Positions 42,071-54,054 of a stretch of DNA of 64,000 nt are shown piece by piece. The DNA is from Eledone cirrhosa (taxonomy: Eukaryota). The translations under genes were made by a program, and so were the position numbers. The stretch is taken from NCBI GenBank assembly GCA_964016885.1, contig OZ024744.1:73346001-73410000 (forward strand). The letters run 5' to 3'. Every line of letters starts with the position of its first letter. Position 1 is the first letter of the stretch. Under the pieces are notes generated by a model. That model ran no database searches and was not told the origin of the DNA. It saw only the letters and a list, made by a program, of their open reading frames with translations.

Positions 42071-42328
42071 TTCTTCTGGTTTTATAATTTCACAAAGTTT
42101 TACCAATAGAGATAGAGTCGGTTTCTAACATAAACACAAGACTCTCTCATTGGAATTTAGGTAGATATGTATGTATGCATGCATGTGTAGATATGGATGT
42201 TATTGTATGTGTGGATGTGTATGTTTTGAGTTGTATATGTGCATGTGTATGTGCTTTGCATCTGTAAATGTGTATATGCAGTTATTAGATGCAAAGTTAG
42301 ATGCAAAATTTTTGGAATGTTTTACATT
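42071..42328 (-). mobile_element. 3' UTR-only copy of the same RLE LINE
   Basis: TTCTTCTGGTTTTATAATTTCACAAA...GGAATGTTTTACAT repeats 38296-38540. Confidence 0.85.
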
Positions 42329-42741
42329 TCAATCGGTTGAAAGGACTCGGCTGCTATTTATAGCTGTTGACCACCCTCTTCACGCCAATGGGAGGACGCT
42401 AGCATGTTGTTAGTATTTTTAGAATTGCAGCACGTGCGACGGGTCACTCGCAGATTTGCATTTGATGTGTAAGCACAGACAGTTATTTCTTCCTCCTTGC
42501 TGATGGTCTAAGATTTAACTTCTGTGGCTTTACGGATTTTTAGTGAAATATATTTCTTTAATGAAATTATATACAAGGAGGATAATCATTTTTTAAAAGG
42601 TAATATTTGAAGCTCTAGATAAACTTTAATTAGTTACCTACCTAGCTGTGTGTTATTACACACTTTACAAATTATCCCCTGTGATTGTTTCATGTGTTTA
42701 TTTTAAATATATATATATATATATGTCAATCAATTTCTAGT

Positions 42742-42791
<50 letters not shown>

Positions 42792-42937
42792 GGGTGTGTA
42801 TGATTGCGTATAGAAGATTATATTAATAAAAGAAATTCCAACTTTGTCTGATTTAATCGTTTTATTTACAATCCTTTCAAATGATAATGATATTATAATG
42901 AAATAGTATGGTAGAATATTAAATGTTAAGTGTTAAT

Positions 42938-42976
42938 TGAACAAATACTTTCATGCTTTCTCAATCTTCAGGTTCA
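42938..42976 (-). ncRNA. Minimal hammerhead candidate
   Basis: UGAAC-CUGAAGA-UUGAGAAAGCAU-GAAAGUAUUU-GUUCA: 5-bp stem I, weak stem II. Confidence 0.55.
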
Positions 42977-43330
42977 TATTCTGTGGTGACAGTCAAGTTG
43001 AAAATTGCAAACTTATATTTATATATATATATATATAGTCAAATCGGGCCGAGGAAACAGCATTTCCATTGGTCTTGCCAATTGATATTACTATACATCA
43101 ATCGTAACTCAAGGTAGAAGGAGCAAGGTGAAATAAAGTGTCTTGCCCAAGAACATAATGTATCTCCCGGTCCGAGAATCGTACTAACAACCTCGTGATT
43201 ACAAATCTAAATCTCTAATGACCATACGCCTTCACGCCTTCACACACACACACACAGACACATATATATATGTATATATATATATATATATAAATATATA
43301 TATATATGTGTGTGCGTGTATATATATATA

Positions 43331-43388
<58 letters not shown>

Positions 43389-43484
43389 GTAGAACACTGG
43401 AAGCTAATATCCGTAGTGGTAGAGCACTTAGTCCACGGGACGAGTTAGGTAGAAGTGATTACACAACAGTTATTTCACCATACA

Positions 43485-43520
43485 GAGAACAATTGTTTCA
43501 CCTTAGCGGATCCTCAGCTC
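43485..43520 (-). ncRNA. PLE hammerhead ribozyme
   Basis: GAG-CUGAGGA-UCCGCUAAGGU-GAAACAAUUGUU-CUC. Confidence 0.78.
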
Positions 43521-43786
43521 GTAATGGACATGGTTATACGGAACAGGAAGGACAACCGTAGGAACGCGCACGCGCAGAAATGATCACTTCACACAGGCAA
43601 TACTAAAATGCGTGTAAGAGGTGTAAGGGAGATAACTGCGAATGTCCGAAAAATTTCTAGTTCATAAGAAAATTAGGATGTTGCTGTAATTCAATCCAGA
43701 GCTTTGTAGTTACGTAAGAGGTGTTTCGAGACGTGTGGACAACGTGTGAAGAATTCAAACCTCGTCTTCAGGCAATCGCTATTGCA

Positions 43787-44188
43787 TTATCTCTTTAGAA
43801 TATTTATTCGTTCATCAACACATAGTCCACACGACGGATTTCCCTTTGCGTATGGCTTGGACTTAGTGATGGCTTTCCATTGAATGGAGTAGTCTATACT
43901 TGAGTCCTTGAGGGACCATACATGGCTCGCGAGTTTTGTGGATGAACGTCTGTCCGGGTACCTAAAGGTCGACTGGTGGTTCAGGAAGCGTTCCTTAAAT
44001 CGGCTCTCCGCCATACCCACATAGGATTTGACCTCCTGTGGTTGATTTGGTCGGTTGGAAGTGACCACAGCTACATAAACTACAGCGGGTGTGTTGCATT
44101 GCTGTTGAAGGGGACAAGCTTCGGGCTTACGGTAAGAGTACCATGGTGGGGTGTTGCTCTTAGGGCTGTTGGTGATGTGGGCCTTCAT
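43787..44188 (-). pseudogene. PLE GIY-YIG endonuclease domain (Nematis/Neptune-like)
   Basis: CPLQQQC..AVVY...YVG..E.RFKERF.NH...H.W.LK...CGLC..E. Confidence 0.88.
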
Positions 44189-44336
44189 GTTCTTAGCGCA
44201 GGAGTATCCTAGTTTTACTTTGTGTCGGTTAAATATAGAGAGGTATTTATGATCTATGGGAAAGTGTCTATCTAAGAAGGCTATAAATGTTTTGCCTACA
44301 TTGGTTGAGTGAGAAGGGAGGAGAGAACCAGATAGT

Positions 44337-45107
44337 TTGTCTATTGTTACGCTTTCTTTTCTTATTGCTTTTGTTGATAGTGGGAGAGTAAGTGATAGGT
44401 TGCGAGAAGCCGCTGTTAGCTACAGTCCCTTCCATAAGCTAAACGAAAAACTCAATTACATTCGCAAGGACTCATGCCACCCTCCCACTGTTTTTAGAAA
44501 CTTCGTAAATAATATCAGTACTAGAATCTCAAACGTCTCCTCTAATAAGGCTATCTTTGACAGGGCGGCACCCTACTATAACACAGCGTTAGCTAACAGC
44601 GGCTTCTCGCAACCTACCACTTACTCTCCCACTATCAACAACAGCAATATGAAAAGAAAGCGTAACAATAGACAAAATATCTGGTTTTCTCCTCCCTTCT
44701 CATTCAACGTTAAAACCAATGTAGGCAAAAAATGTCTAGCCCTCTTAGATAGACACTTTCCCATAGGTCATACATACCGCTCCATCTTTAACCGACACAA
44801 TGTAAAACTAGGATACTCCTGCGCTAAGAAAATGAAGGCTCACATCACCAACAGCCCTAAGAGCAACACCCCACCAGGGTGCACTTTCCGTAAGTCTGAA
44901 GCTTGTCCCCTACAACAGAAATGTAACACACCCGCTGTGGTCACTTTCAACCGACCAAATCAAAAACAGGAGCTCAAATCCTACGTGGGTATGGTGGAGG
45001 GCCGATTTAAGGAACGCTTCCTGAACCACACGTCTCGAAACAACTCTTACGTAACTACAAAGCTCCGGATCGAATTACAACAACATCCTAATTTTCTTAT
45101 CAACTAG
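44337..45107 (+). pseudogene. PLE RT thumb/linker plus truncated GIY-YIG
   Basis: YIRKDSCHPP...RISNVSS...YNTALANSG, WFSPPFSFNVKTNVGK, IFNRHNVKLGYSC. Confidence 0.88.
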
Positions 45108-45242
45108 AAATTTTTCGGACTTTCGCAGTTATCTCCCTTACACATCTCCCGCGCATTTTAGTATTCCCTGTGTGAAGTGATCGTTTCTGCGCATGCGTGT
45201 TCGTACGGTTGTCCTTCCTGTTCCGTATAACCATGTCCATTT

Positions 45243-45280
45243 CGAGCTGAGGATCCGCTAAGGTGAAACAATTGTTCTCG
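45243..45280 (+). ncRNA. PLE hammerhead ribozyme
   Basis: CGAG-CUGAGGA-UCCGCUAAGGU-GAAACAAUUGUU-CUCG; palindromic stem III. Confidence 0.82.
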
Positions 45281-45312
45281 CTATGGTGAACTAACTGTCG
45301 TGTAACCTCTTC

Positions 45313-45369
<57 letters not shown>

Positions 45370-45370
<1 letters not shown>

Positions 45371-46091
45371 TATGAAAGACGTAAAATAAGAAAATTATAA
45401 TAATTAACTTACTTACTTAAGTTTCACTCCAACTAATTAGTTTCTGAAAGGGGATATACATAGTTTTCAAAACTATGGAGAATTCCTTTCTTCATCAGAG
45501 AGTCAATTCTCGGCTAAGATCCCAGGCGATAGGCGGACACAGGGAGCTCAAACAAAAATAATTCAGTGAATGGAAAAAAAGCAAGCGCGGACTAAATTTC
45601 AAGACATTGAAAATTTCACTACCTTCCCGGTCAGTGGCAAATTCAAAAGAATCAATCACGTGACATTGAGGTTAATCAGTGAGGAGTGTGGGGGGGGGGA
45701 GGGGTTAAAAAGACAGTAGCCAAAATATTACTATGAATCATAGTAGTAATTCAGGCGAATTTTTGCTCAACAAATAATTTGGAGATAATTATAAAGAATT
45801 AGTATATCTACCAACATATTTATACAGAAGTATACTTATGCTAGCAAGATATAGGTTTTGTCTTAGTAACTTTGTAGTTCAATACAAAAATGTAGAACAA
45901 TTATATGAAAGACGTAAAATAAGAAAATTATAATAATTAATTTACTTAATTATTATAATTTTCTTATTTTACGTCTTTCATATAATTGTTCTACATTTTT
46001 GTATTGAACCACAAAGTTACTAAGACAAAACCTATATCTCGCTAACATAACTTCTGTATAAATATGCTGGTAGATATACTAATTCTTTATA
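45370..46091. mobile_element. Non-coding PLE-like terminal repeat module with fold-back (45789-46091); relative at 54055-54380
   Basis: TATGAAAGACGTAAAATAAGAAAATTATAATAATTAA is repeated at 45371 and 45904; palindrome centred ~45943. Confidence 0.75.
45426..45503 (-). ncRNA. Type I hammerhead ribozyme with long stem II
   Basis: ACUCU-CUGAUGA-A-GAAAGG..CAUAGUUU..AAACUAUG..CCUUUC-A-GAAACUAAUUAGUU-GGAGU. Confidence 0.8.
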
Positions 46092-46396
46092 TATATATAT
46101 ATATATAACGAGAACGAAGGACAAACACGGACAGATATATATGAACTTTCCTCTCTAAATATGTATGTAAAAACTAATAATTTTTCTTCCCCTTTTTATT
46201 ATTCGTATAAATATGCAACATAACCACATTATACATATCCGCAGTTGAAAGAACATATGATGCGGAAATATCCACTTTGTAAATAAATGTTTTGATATTA
46301 TGCTGAAAGAATCTCTTCAGCATTTTCTACTGTAAACATTCTTTTTCCTCTCTACTATTTGTTTTTATATATATCAACTTGTGTGTTACCTTGCTA

Positions 46397-46429
<33 letters not shown>

Positions 46430-46431
<2 letters not shown>

Positions 46432-47180
46432 GCGGTTTCTGTCCCTCATTATTGCTGCCATGTCTTGCGTCTCCAACAGACCAGTATCTGTTCTTAGGGC
46501 ATCAACATGTGCTAACCTTGGTCTTCCTCTTCCAGTGTGTCTATGCAGGGGTTCCCACAGGAGAACTGAGTGCAGTGTCAACTCTGGATGTCGGTGAGCA
46601 TGTCCAGCTAACCTCAGTCTCCTCTGTGTCACTTTTGAGCTGACGTTTGGGAGGCTCCCATACAGCTCTGAGTTTTTCATCCTCAGTGTATACTGATTAA
46701 TGTTCAGAGCCATCCTCAACATTCTCGTGTGGCACCCATCCACCATCTGGCTCAGAGCAGTAGAGTTAAGTCGAAAAAGATATCGGATGCTGAATTTGCC
46801 GACGACATACTTTTGGTGACAAATACAGTGAAGGAGGCAGAGGATTTGATGCAGGAAGTTGAGACTGTGTCGATGAGTGTAGGGCTGAGAATAAATGAGA
46901 CTAAGACAAAATATCTGATAGAGAATGTTGAGAAGACAGAGGGGATCACTAATGTAGGCGAGAAGCCGCTGGAATTGGTTGAGGACTTCTTGTATTTGGG
47001 AGCAAAGATTGGGAATACGGAAGATGATGTCGTTGAGAGGAATAGCAAAGCCTGGGCGGCGAGCCACAGTTTGAGATCGGTGTGGAAGTCGAACCTTCGT
47101 GGAGACCTGAAGATCCGCCTCTTCATTGCTGTAGTGGAGTCTGTGCTGGTCTACGGGTCTGAGACTTGGACACTGACCAG
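46430..47180 (-). mobile_element. 5'-truncated RTE/RTEX-like LINE with inverted 5' segment (46755-47180 on +)
   Basis: The + segment EFADDI...FLYLG...YGSETWTLT is continued on - by LSQMVDGCHTRMLR...RLRLAGH...RGRP...DRNRW, ending in (GA)n. Confidence 0.88.
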
Positions 47181-47246
47181 GCTTTGCTCTTCCTCTCAAC
47201 CACATCATCTTTCGTATTCCCAATCTTTGCTTCCAAATCATCAGGA

Positions 47247-47297
47247 AGCTTCCTGATGATTTCTCACGAATGAAACAGTTCTAGTCCTGTAGAAGCT
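47247..47297 (+). ncRNA. Minimal type I hammerhead ribozyme (same family as 3270-3322)
   Basis: AGCUUC-CUGAUGA-UUUCUCACGAAU-GAAACAG-UUCUAGUC-CUGUA-GAAGCU; overlaps a perfect 28-bp palindrome at 47235-47262. Confidence 0.88.
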
Positions 47298-47469
47298 CTT
47301 CTATATTATATATATATATATATAGGAAAAAAAGTCCAGAAATAGCTGTCGAAACGGCTTGAGCTCTGCCGTCGGGGTCATACTTTTTCCTATTTCCCAC
47401 TCTACTACCCTAAGTATTGAGTACTCTGGTGCGTTATGGTCCATTTGGTTCCTTACCACAATTCCTTTG

Positions 47470-47510
<41 letters not shown>

Positions 47511-47516
<6 letters not shown>

Positions 47517-47892
47517 TAAACGGAAAAGAAAATGCTAACAAATTGTTCGCAGTGAAAAATAGTTTAATTAGGAATAAGTGAGAATTAGTAATATTATTGG
47601 TTAGTATTCAGTTTTGGTTTTAAGTTTTACCGGTTGCGCATTTCTAATGCTTTTCAAAAATAATTTTGAGATAGAGCGTCCGTGATGTTTCTGGTTGAGC
47701 AGATTAGAGCAAACATCACGGACGCTCTATCTCAAAATTATTTTTGAAAAGCATTAGAAATGCGCAACCGGTAAAACTTAAATCCAAAACTGAATACTAA
47801 CCAATACTATTACTAATTCTCACTTATTCCTAATTAAACTATTTTTCACTGTGAACAATTTGTCAGCATTTTCTTTTCCGTTTACCAATATA
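47511..47892. mobile_element. Fold-back element (~180-bp arms, 20-bp spacer) next to (TA)n
   Basis: 47511-47690 mirrors 47711-47892 with a few mismatches; contains GAAAUGCGCA, similar to the 13.8-kb hammerhead 3' half. Confidence 0.85.
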
Positions 47893-47929
47893 TCATAACT
47901 TGTGTGTTACACCTCTATTCTTTAAAAAA

Positions 47930-48020
<91 letters not shown>

Positions 48021-48021
<1 letters not shown>

Positions 48022-48358
48022 GGTGGAGGCACGTGGCCTAGTGGTAAGAGGTGGAGGCACGTGGCCTAGTGGTTTAGGTGGAGGTACGTGGCCTAGTGGT
48101 AAGAGTGTTGGACTTACGACCATAATCTCGTGGGTTCGATTCCTGGGTTGCGTGTTGTATTCTTGAGCAAAACACTTCATTTCACGTTGCTCCAGTATAC
48201 TCAGCTGAAAATGAGTACCAGCAATAGCTGGAGGTTTAACCCTGCGATGGACTGGCGTCCTGTCCAGGAGGGAGTCTTGTACTCTAAGTCGCTTCACGCC
48301 ATGAAACCGGGATAAGCACCGGCCAAAAGAGCCTTCTGGCTTAAGACAGACCTTAGAC
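48021..48358 (+). mobile_element. tRNA-derived SINE (family 2 head, different tail) with triplicated 5' end
   Basis: GGTGGAGG.ACGTGGCCTAGTGGT three times, B box GGTTCGATTCC, TTCTTGAGCAAAACACTT core, TGCGATGGACTGGCGTCCTGTCCAGG tail. Confidence 0.85.
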
Positions 48359-48869
48359 TTTTTTTTAGGTATACATACATACATATACAGATATATACAT
48401 GGTTATGTGTGTGTATGTTTGTGTGTGTGTGCTTGTATGTGCGTGTGTGTATGTATATATATATATATATATATGTACGTATGTAGGCATAGGCGTGCGT
48501 TAGTACGTGTGTGTGCGCGGGTGCAAGTGTGTGAATGTGTAATGGTTTGTTTATGTATTTAGTGATCTGTACTTGTTTATATATTGTGGCATACATACAT
48601 GATTAACAATATTATTTTCATGTGTTGAAACCTTTCAATAAACACCTTCAGTCTCTCAAATACATTCACTATTCATTTATTTATTCGCTTATAAGTAAAC
48701 TTCATGCCTTCTTGTATGACTTGCGAAATGTTTCTGATCTCGGATTATTTTCATTAATATTCACATCCTAATGATCTCCCTTTTTCAGTTTAATCTCCCA
48801 TTCATGGAAATGCGCACAGAAACACGTGCGCACGCATGCACAAACACAAGTACTCACACACACACTCTC

Positions 48870-48932
<63 letters not shown>

Positions 48933-48946
48933 CTCTCTCTCTCTTT

Positions 48947-48986
<40 letters not shown>

Positions 48987-49646
48987 TACTGGCACACGCA
49001 CACACATACACACATACACATATACTCTAATTAGGTTTCTTACTTTCCAAGATTAAAATCTTACTAACTTTTAGTCGGCATCACAAGGTTAATGAGTTTA
49101 TATAAAGATATATCTATTTTCCGTATAACACCCATTCTGTACACTTTTATAGGTTTCAGAGATAAGATGGCGGCCATGCTGTGACGTCGCCTAAAAGATT
49201 ATTGGTCAATATTGGTCGATGGCATCGACACCAGTACTTGTGTTTTTATATCAGTTTCCATTTGTCGAACCGCTAATTTGTGTGACATAAACACACAGTA
49301 AATATAAACACTACCACGCTACCCGAACACATGATGTGCTTTCGCAGCGTTTTTGTGTTTTGTTTACCAACTTTCATTCACAAGTATATATAAAACTATA
49401 GTTCTGTATAGGATTGATGAGTTAATATCTGTATACAACAACTACAACGGTATGCGATGGGGCCCACCCACAGCCCGGCGGACAGAATGGAGAAAGTTGT
49501 TGGTGAACTAGAAGACAGTTGTGCAATTTTTTCATGCAGGGAGATAACCCTCGAAACCACGTGGTTGCTAAGTAAAATACTTAAGCACACAGCCATGTTT
49601 GTATCTATCCACAAAATGACGCTGGCGTCTGTTTATCATTATTTAT

Positions 49647-49985
49647 GGTGGTGGATTGGCAGTATCGGTAGAGGGTCGGACGCCATGCTTTCTAGCACAG
49701 TTACGTCCCTTTACGATCTGAGTTCAAATCCCGCCGAGGTTGACTTTGCCTTTCATCCTTACGGGGTCGATAAAATAAAGTACCAGTAATGCACTGGGTA
49801 ATTGCTGGCCTTGTGCCTAAAGTAGAAACAATTATTTATGGTGGATTGGCAGTATCGGTAGAGGGTTGGACGCCATGCTTTAACGCATAGAGTTCAGTCC
49901 CTTTATGATCGGGGTGGATAAAATAAAGCACCTGTAATGTACTGGCATAATTGCTGGCCTTGTGCCAAAAGTAGAAACAATTATT
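49647..49985 (+). mobile_element. Two tandem SINE family 1 copies
   Basis: Full copy 49647-49835 and internally deleted copy 49838-49985. Confidence 0.9.
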
Positions 49986-50233
49986 TATCTGTTAACAGAC
50001 TAGTGCCGTCATTAACGGTGACAAAGACATTGAACGTATTTAATTTTTGGAGTCATGGATGCTATGTTATATATATGCTAGGATTATTGTTATATGAAGA
50101 ACCATTCAAACATATTCATTAGATAAAAACCATTGATCTGGATACGTAAATATGGAATGTTACGCGATGATCAGCCCCCCCCCCCTCCAACAGAGTTCCG
50201 GCTCTAGTTTATGATCATTAATAACATATCAAA

Positions 50234-50422
50234 GGGCGGTGGATTGGCAGTATCGGTAGAGAGTCGGACGCCATGCTTTCCAGCATAGTTACGTCCCCTT
50301 ACGATCTGAGTTCAAATCTCGCCGCGGTTGACTTTGCCTTTCATCCTTACGGGGTCGATAAAATAAAGTACCAGTAATGCACTGGGTAATTGCTGGCCTT
50401 GTGCCTAAAGTAGAAACAATTA
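50234..50422 (+). mobile_element. SINE family 1 copy with 20-bp target-site duplication
   Basis: ATTAATAACATATCAAAGGG at 50217-50236 and 50419-50438. Confidence 0.93.
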
Positions 50423-50679
50423 ATAACATATCAAAGGGATTAATGGCAAGAATTTTTAATTTAATAGGTTATTTCTAGAATGTAATAAAATAAATGCTCA
50501 GCATATATGTATAAATGATATACAGGTTTAAACGTATGAGTAACCTTGGAGAAAAACAATTTATAGGGACAAAAGTAAGTTTAGAATGCAGGTATTTGAC
50601 TGAAAAGCTAGCTTCTTATTGTAACAATATGTTGAGAGGGGAACTGCATTGTGTGAATCTCTGTGTAAACTTTAAAGAG

Positions 50680-50748
<69 letters not shown>

Positions 50749-50985
50749 TATAAATTAGAAAGTGAGGTTTTTTTTACAAAATGAAAAATAACCGACGTGT
50801 CCTACACGAGTGAAAGTATAAGGAAAAAAAGATGAATCGAAAATGCAACTGGAGTCTTATTTTAAAAAAAAAATATATATATTTATTTGGTTCCTTTACC
50901 GGTTTCGCAGTTCTTCTGCTTTTCAAAAGTAGAGTTGAGATGGAGGGTCTGTGGTTTTTCTCACATCTCACACACACACACACAC

Positions 50986-51062
<77 letters not shown>

Positions 51063-51230
51063 ATATAGAGTCAGGTCCCGAGGGCTGAACTCTTGCCATT
51101 TCAACAGCTAGTTCCGTTCCTGACTAGTTGTTGAAACGACCTGACTCTTTCTAATTTAACCATACTATACTACTTCAAGTATCAGATCCTCTGTTGAGTA
51201 ATGGTCTAACTAGTTTTAAACTGGTTCTAT

Positions 51231-51271
<41 letters not shown>

Positions 51272-51317
51272 ATTATATGGGCAGGGTCATATTGTTATAA
51301 TATTGCCAGAAATAATA

Positions 51318-51421
51318 ATTGTTTCTACTTCTGACACAAGGCCAGCAATTATCTCATTACATTACTGGTATTTTATTTTATCGACTCCGTAAGGATGAAA
51401 GGCAAAATTAACCTCGGCGGA
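51318..51421 (-). mobile_element. Partial SINE family 1 copy
   Basis: Matches the 3' half of the consensus. Confidence 0.85.
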
Positions 51422-51939
51422 TGTTTGTATGAGTGTATGTGGTGTGTGTGTGTGTGTATATATGTGTGTATGCGTGTGTGTGTGTGTGTTAAAGAAAAGG
51501 CGGTACCCGACGGCTAAGCTTCCGCCATGGTTAACAGTAATCCGTCCGCTGTTGAAACGTCATTAGCTCAATAGACAGGTGTCAAGTTTTCACTTTATAT
51601 ATACACTCTACTTTCTCAAGTATCGAGTACTTAGTTGAATATCGTCTTAACAGTGTATAGAGGAAACTCCCAACATACACACATAGATATATATGAATAT
51701 AAATATATGTGTGTTTGAACAATAAACCAAAAGTCAGGTATAGGTAGTTTTTATTGTTCACACACACACATATATGAAAAGGACTCTGTAAACCAGACTG
51801 ATTTTCTTCGAGCATACCTTAAGCCGTTACCACTTACCACAAGAACTAATGGTCACACTGCCGATTCTAGCCGCAGCTATCTTTCCTGGGGTACATTGGG
51901 TTCTAGCAATATTATCAGCCACACCACAATTGGCGAACA

Positions 51940-52014
<75 letters not shown>

Positions 52015-52017
<3 letters not shown>

Positions 52018-53128
52018 GTAGAACACAGGAAGGGAATATAAGTAGTGGTAGAGCACTCAGTCCATGGGACGAGTTAGGTAGAAGTGGTTACACAACAATT
52101 AGTTCACTATGCCGAGAACAATTGTTTCACCTTAGCGGATCCTCAGCTCGAAATGGACATGGTTATACGGAACAGGGAGGACAACCGTACGAACACGCAT
52201 GCACAGAAACGATCACTTCACACAGGCAATACTAAATTGCGTGCGAGAGATGTAAGGGAGATAACTGCGAATGTCCGAAAAATTTCTAGTTGATAAGAAA
52301 ATTAGGATGTTGTTGTAATTCAATCCGGAACTTTGTAGTTATGTAAGAGGTGTTTCCAGACGCGTGGACAACGTGTGAAGAATTCATTTCTCGGGTTTAG
52401 GCAATCACTATTGCGTAATCTCTTTAGAATATTTATTCGTTCATCAATACATAGTCCACACGACGGATTTCCCCTTGCATATGGCTTGGACTTAGTGATG
52501 GCTTTCCATTGAATGGAGTAGTCTATACTTGAGTCCTTGAGGGACCATACGTGGCTCGCGAGTTTCGTGCATGAACGTCTGTCCAGGTACCTAAAGGTCG
52601 ACTGGTGGTTCAGGAAGCGTTCCTTAAATCGGCCCTCCGCCATACCCACATAGGATTTGACCTCCTGTGGTTGATTTGGTCGGTTGGAAGTGACCACAAC
52701 TTCATAAACTACAGCGGGTGTGTTGCATTGCTGTTGAAGTGGACAAGCTTCGGGCTTACGCCAAGAGCACCCTCGTAGGGTGTTGTTCTTAGGGCTGTTG
52801 GTGATGTGGGCCTTCATGTTCTTAGCGCAGGAGTATCCTAGTTTTACTTTGTGTCGGTTAAAGATGGAGCAGTATTTATGACCTATGGGAAATTGTCTAT
52901 CTAAGATGGCTAGAAATGTTTTGCTTACATTGGTTTTAACGTTGAGTGAGAAGGGAGGGGTAACCAGATAGTTTGTCTATGATTACGCTTTCTCTTTTTA
53001 TTGCTGTTGTTGTTAGTGGGAGAGGAAGTGATAGGTTGCGAGAAGCCGTTGTTATAGTAGGATGCCGCCCTGTCAAAGATAGCCTTATTAGAGGAGAGGT
53101 TTGAGATTCTAGTACTGATATTATTTAC
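52015..53128 (-). mobile_element. 5'-truncated Penelope-like element (same family as 43.4-45.3 kb)
   Basis: ORF 52320-52817 is a complete GIY-YIG domain (..LNPRNEFFTRCPR); the 3' end abuts (TA)n. Confidence 0.92.
52113..52150 (-). ncRNA. PLE hammerhead ribozyme
   Basis: Reverse complement is identical to 45243-45280. Confidence 0.82.
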
Positions 53129-53204
53129 ATACCTTGTATTATACATAAATATATCTATATATCTATACAAATATATAAAACACACACACACTCACACACA
53201 CACA

Positions 53205-53246
<42 letters not shown>

Positions 53247-53279
53247 CACACACACACACATACACACACACATATATAT

Positions 53280-54052
53280 GAATACATTATCGGAGGAAGC
53301 TAATAGCGATACTCCGGCCAAATCCCAACTCACTCAACAAACATTAGGAAATAAGTGAGTATATTTGTAATTAAACGTTGGGGGTGCAAACTAATTGTAT
53401 TGTGGGGAAAATTGGCTGTATTATTTCATATGTGATATATCAAATATATCCCTTCCCAGACGGACGTCTCATTTTATTATAAAATTTGCTACAAGTTCGG
53501 TAAAATTATACCAATTTATGTAGAAGCTTGTTTAAGATCAACAGATACTTATTCAAGTGGGCTCTTATAATTCTTCAGTGGGTGCCCAATAATATTAATA
53601 TTGATAGTCAAATCAACATCAATATTTAGCGATAATCACCATCAGTGCTTGAGGTAGCTGTTAGGTTGCTAGCCCAGCAGTTCTAAAGACATTCTCATAC
53701 TGTCTCAAAAAAAGAGGAAGAAGAATTACCGCCAAAAACAATACATGCGCAGGACAATGAATTCTAAAGAGAATTCAAGCCACGCGCTAGAACTCAATTG
53801 GAATTTGAAAAAATACCCATATGTGTACATGATTTGATGACACACATAGATATTTTCTCGGGTAAAATAACAGAATGAGATACAAGAAACAATCAATATT
53901 CATATATAACAATAAACAAAGAGAGTCAAATCTTATATCGGGAAGTTCATATCCGTTGCTCCAAGAGTAAATATATAAATACATTATCGGGGGAAGCTAA
54001 TAGCGATACTCCGGCCAAATCCCAACTCACTCAACAAACATTAGGAAATAAA
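53280..54052. repeat. ~72-bp direct repeats ~700 bp apart (LTR/pseudo-LTR-like)
   Basis: AATACATTATCGG.GGAAGCTAATAGCGATACTCCGGCCAAATCCCAACTCACTCAACAAACATTAGGAAATAA at ~53281 and ~53978. Confidence 0.8.
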
Positions 54053-54054
54053 TA

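Larger units (their letters stand above)
43386..45314. mobile_element. Penelope-like element pair in head-to-head inverted arrangement, between (TA)n tracts
   Basis: Copy on - at 43386-44423 and copy on + at ~44428-45314. Both encode RT-thumb/GIY-YIG remnants and a 3' hammerhead. Confidence 0.9.

Noticed and set aside
48078-48150. tRNA gene
   Set aside because: A and B boxes run straight into a SINE body and there is no proper acceptor stem.
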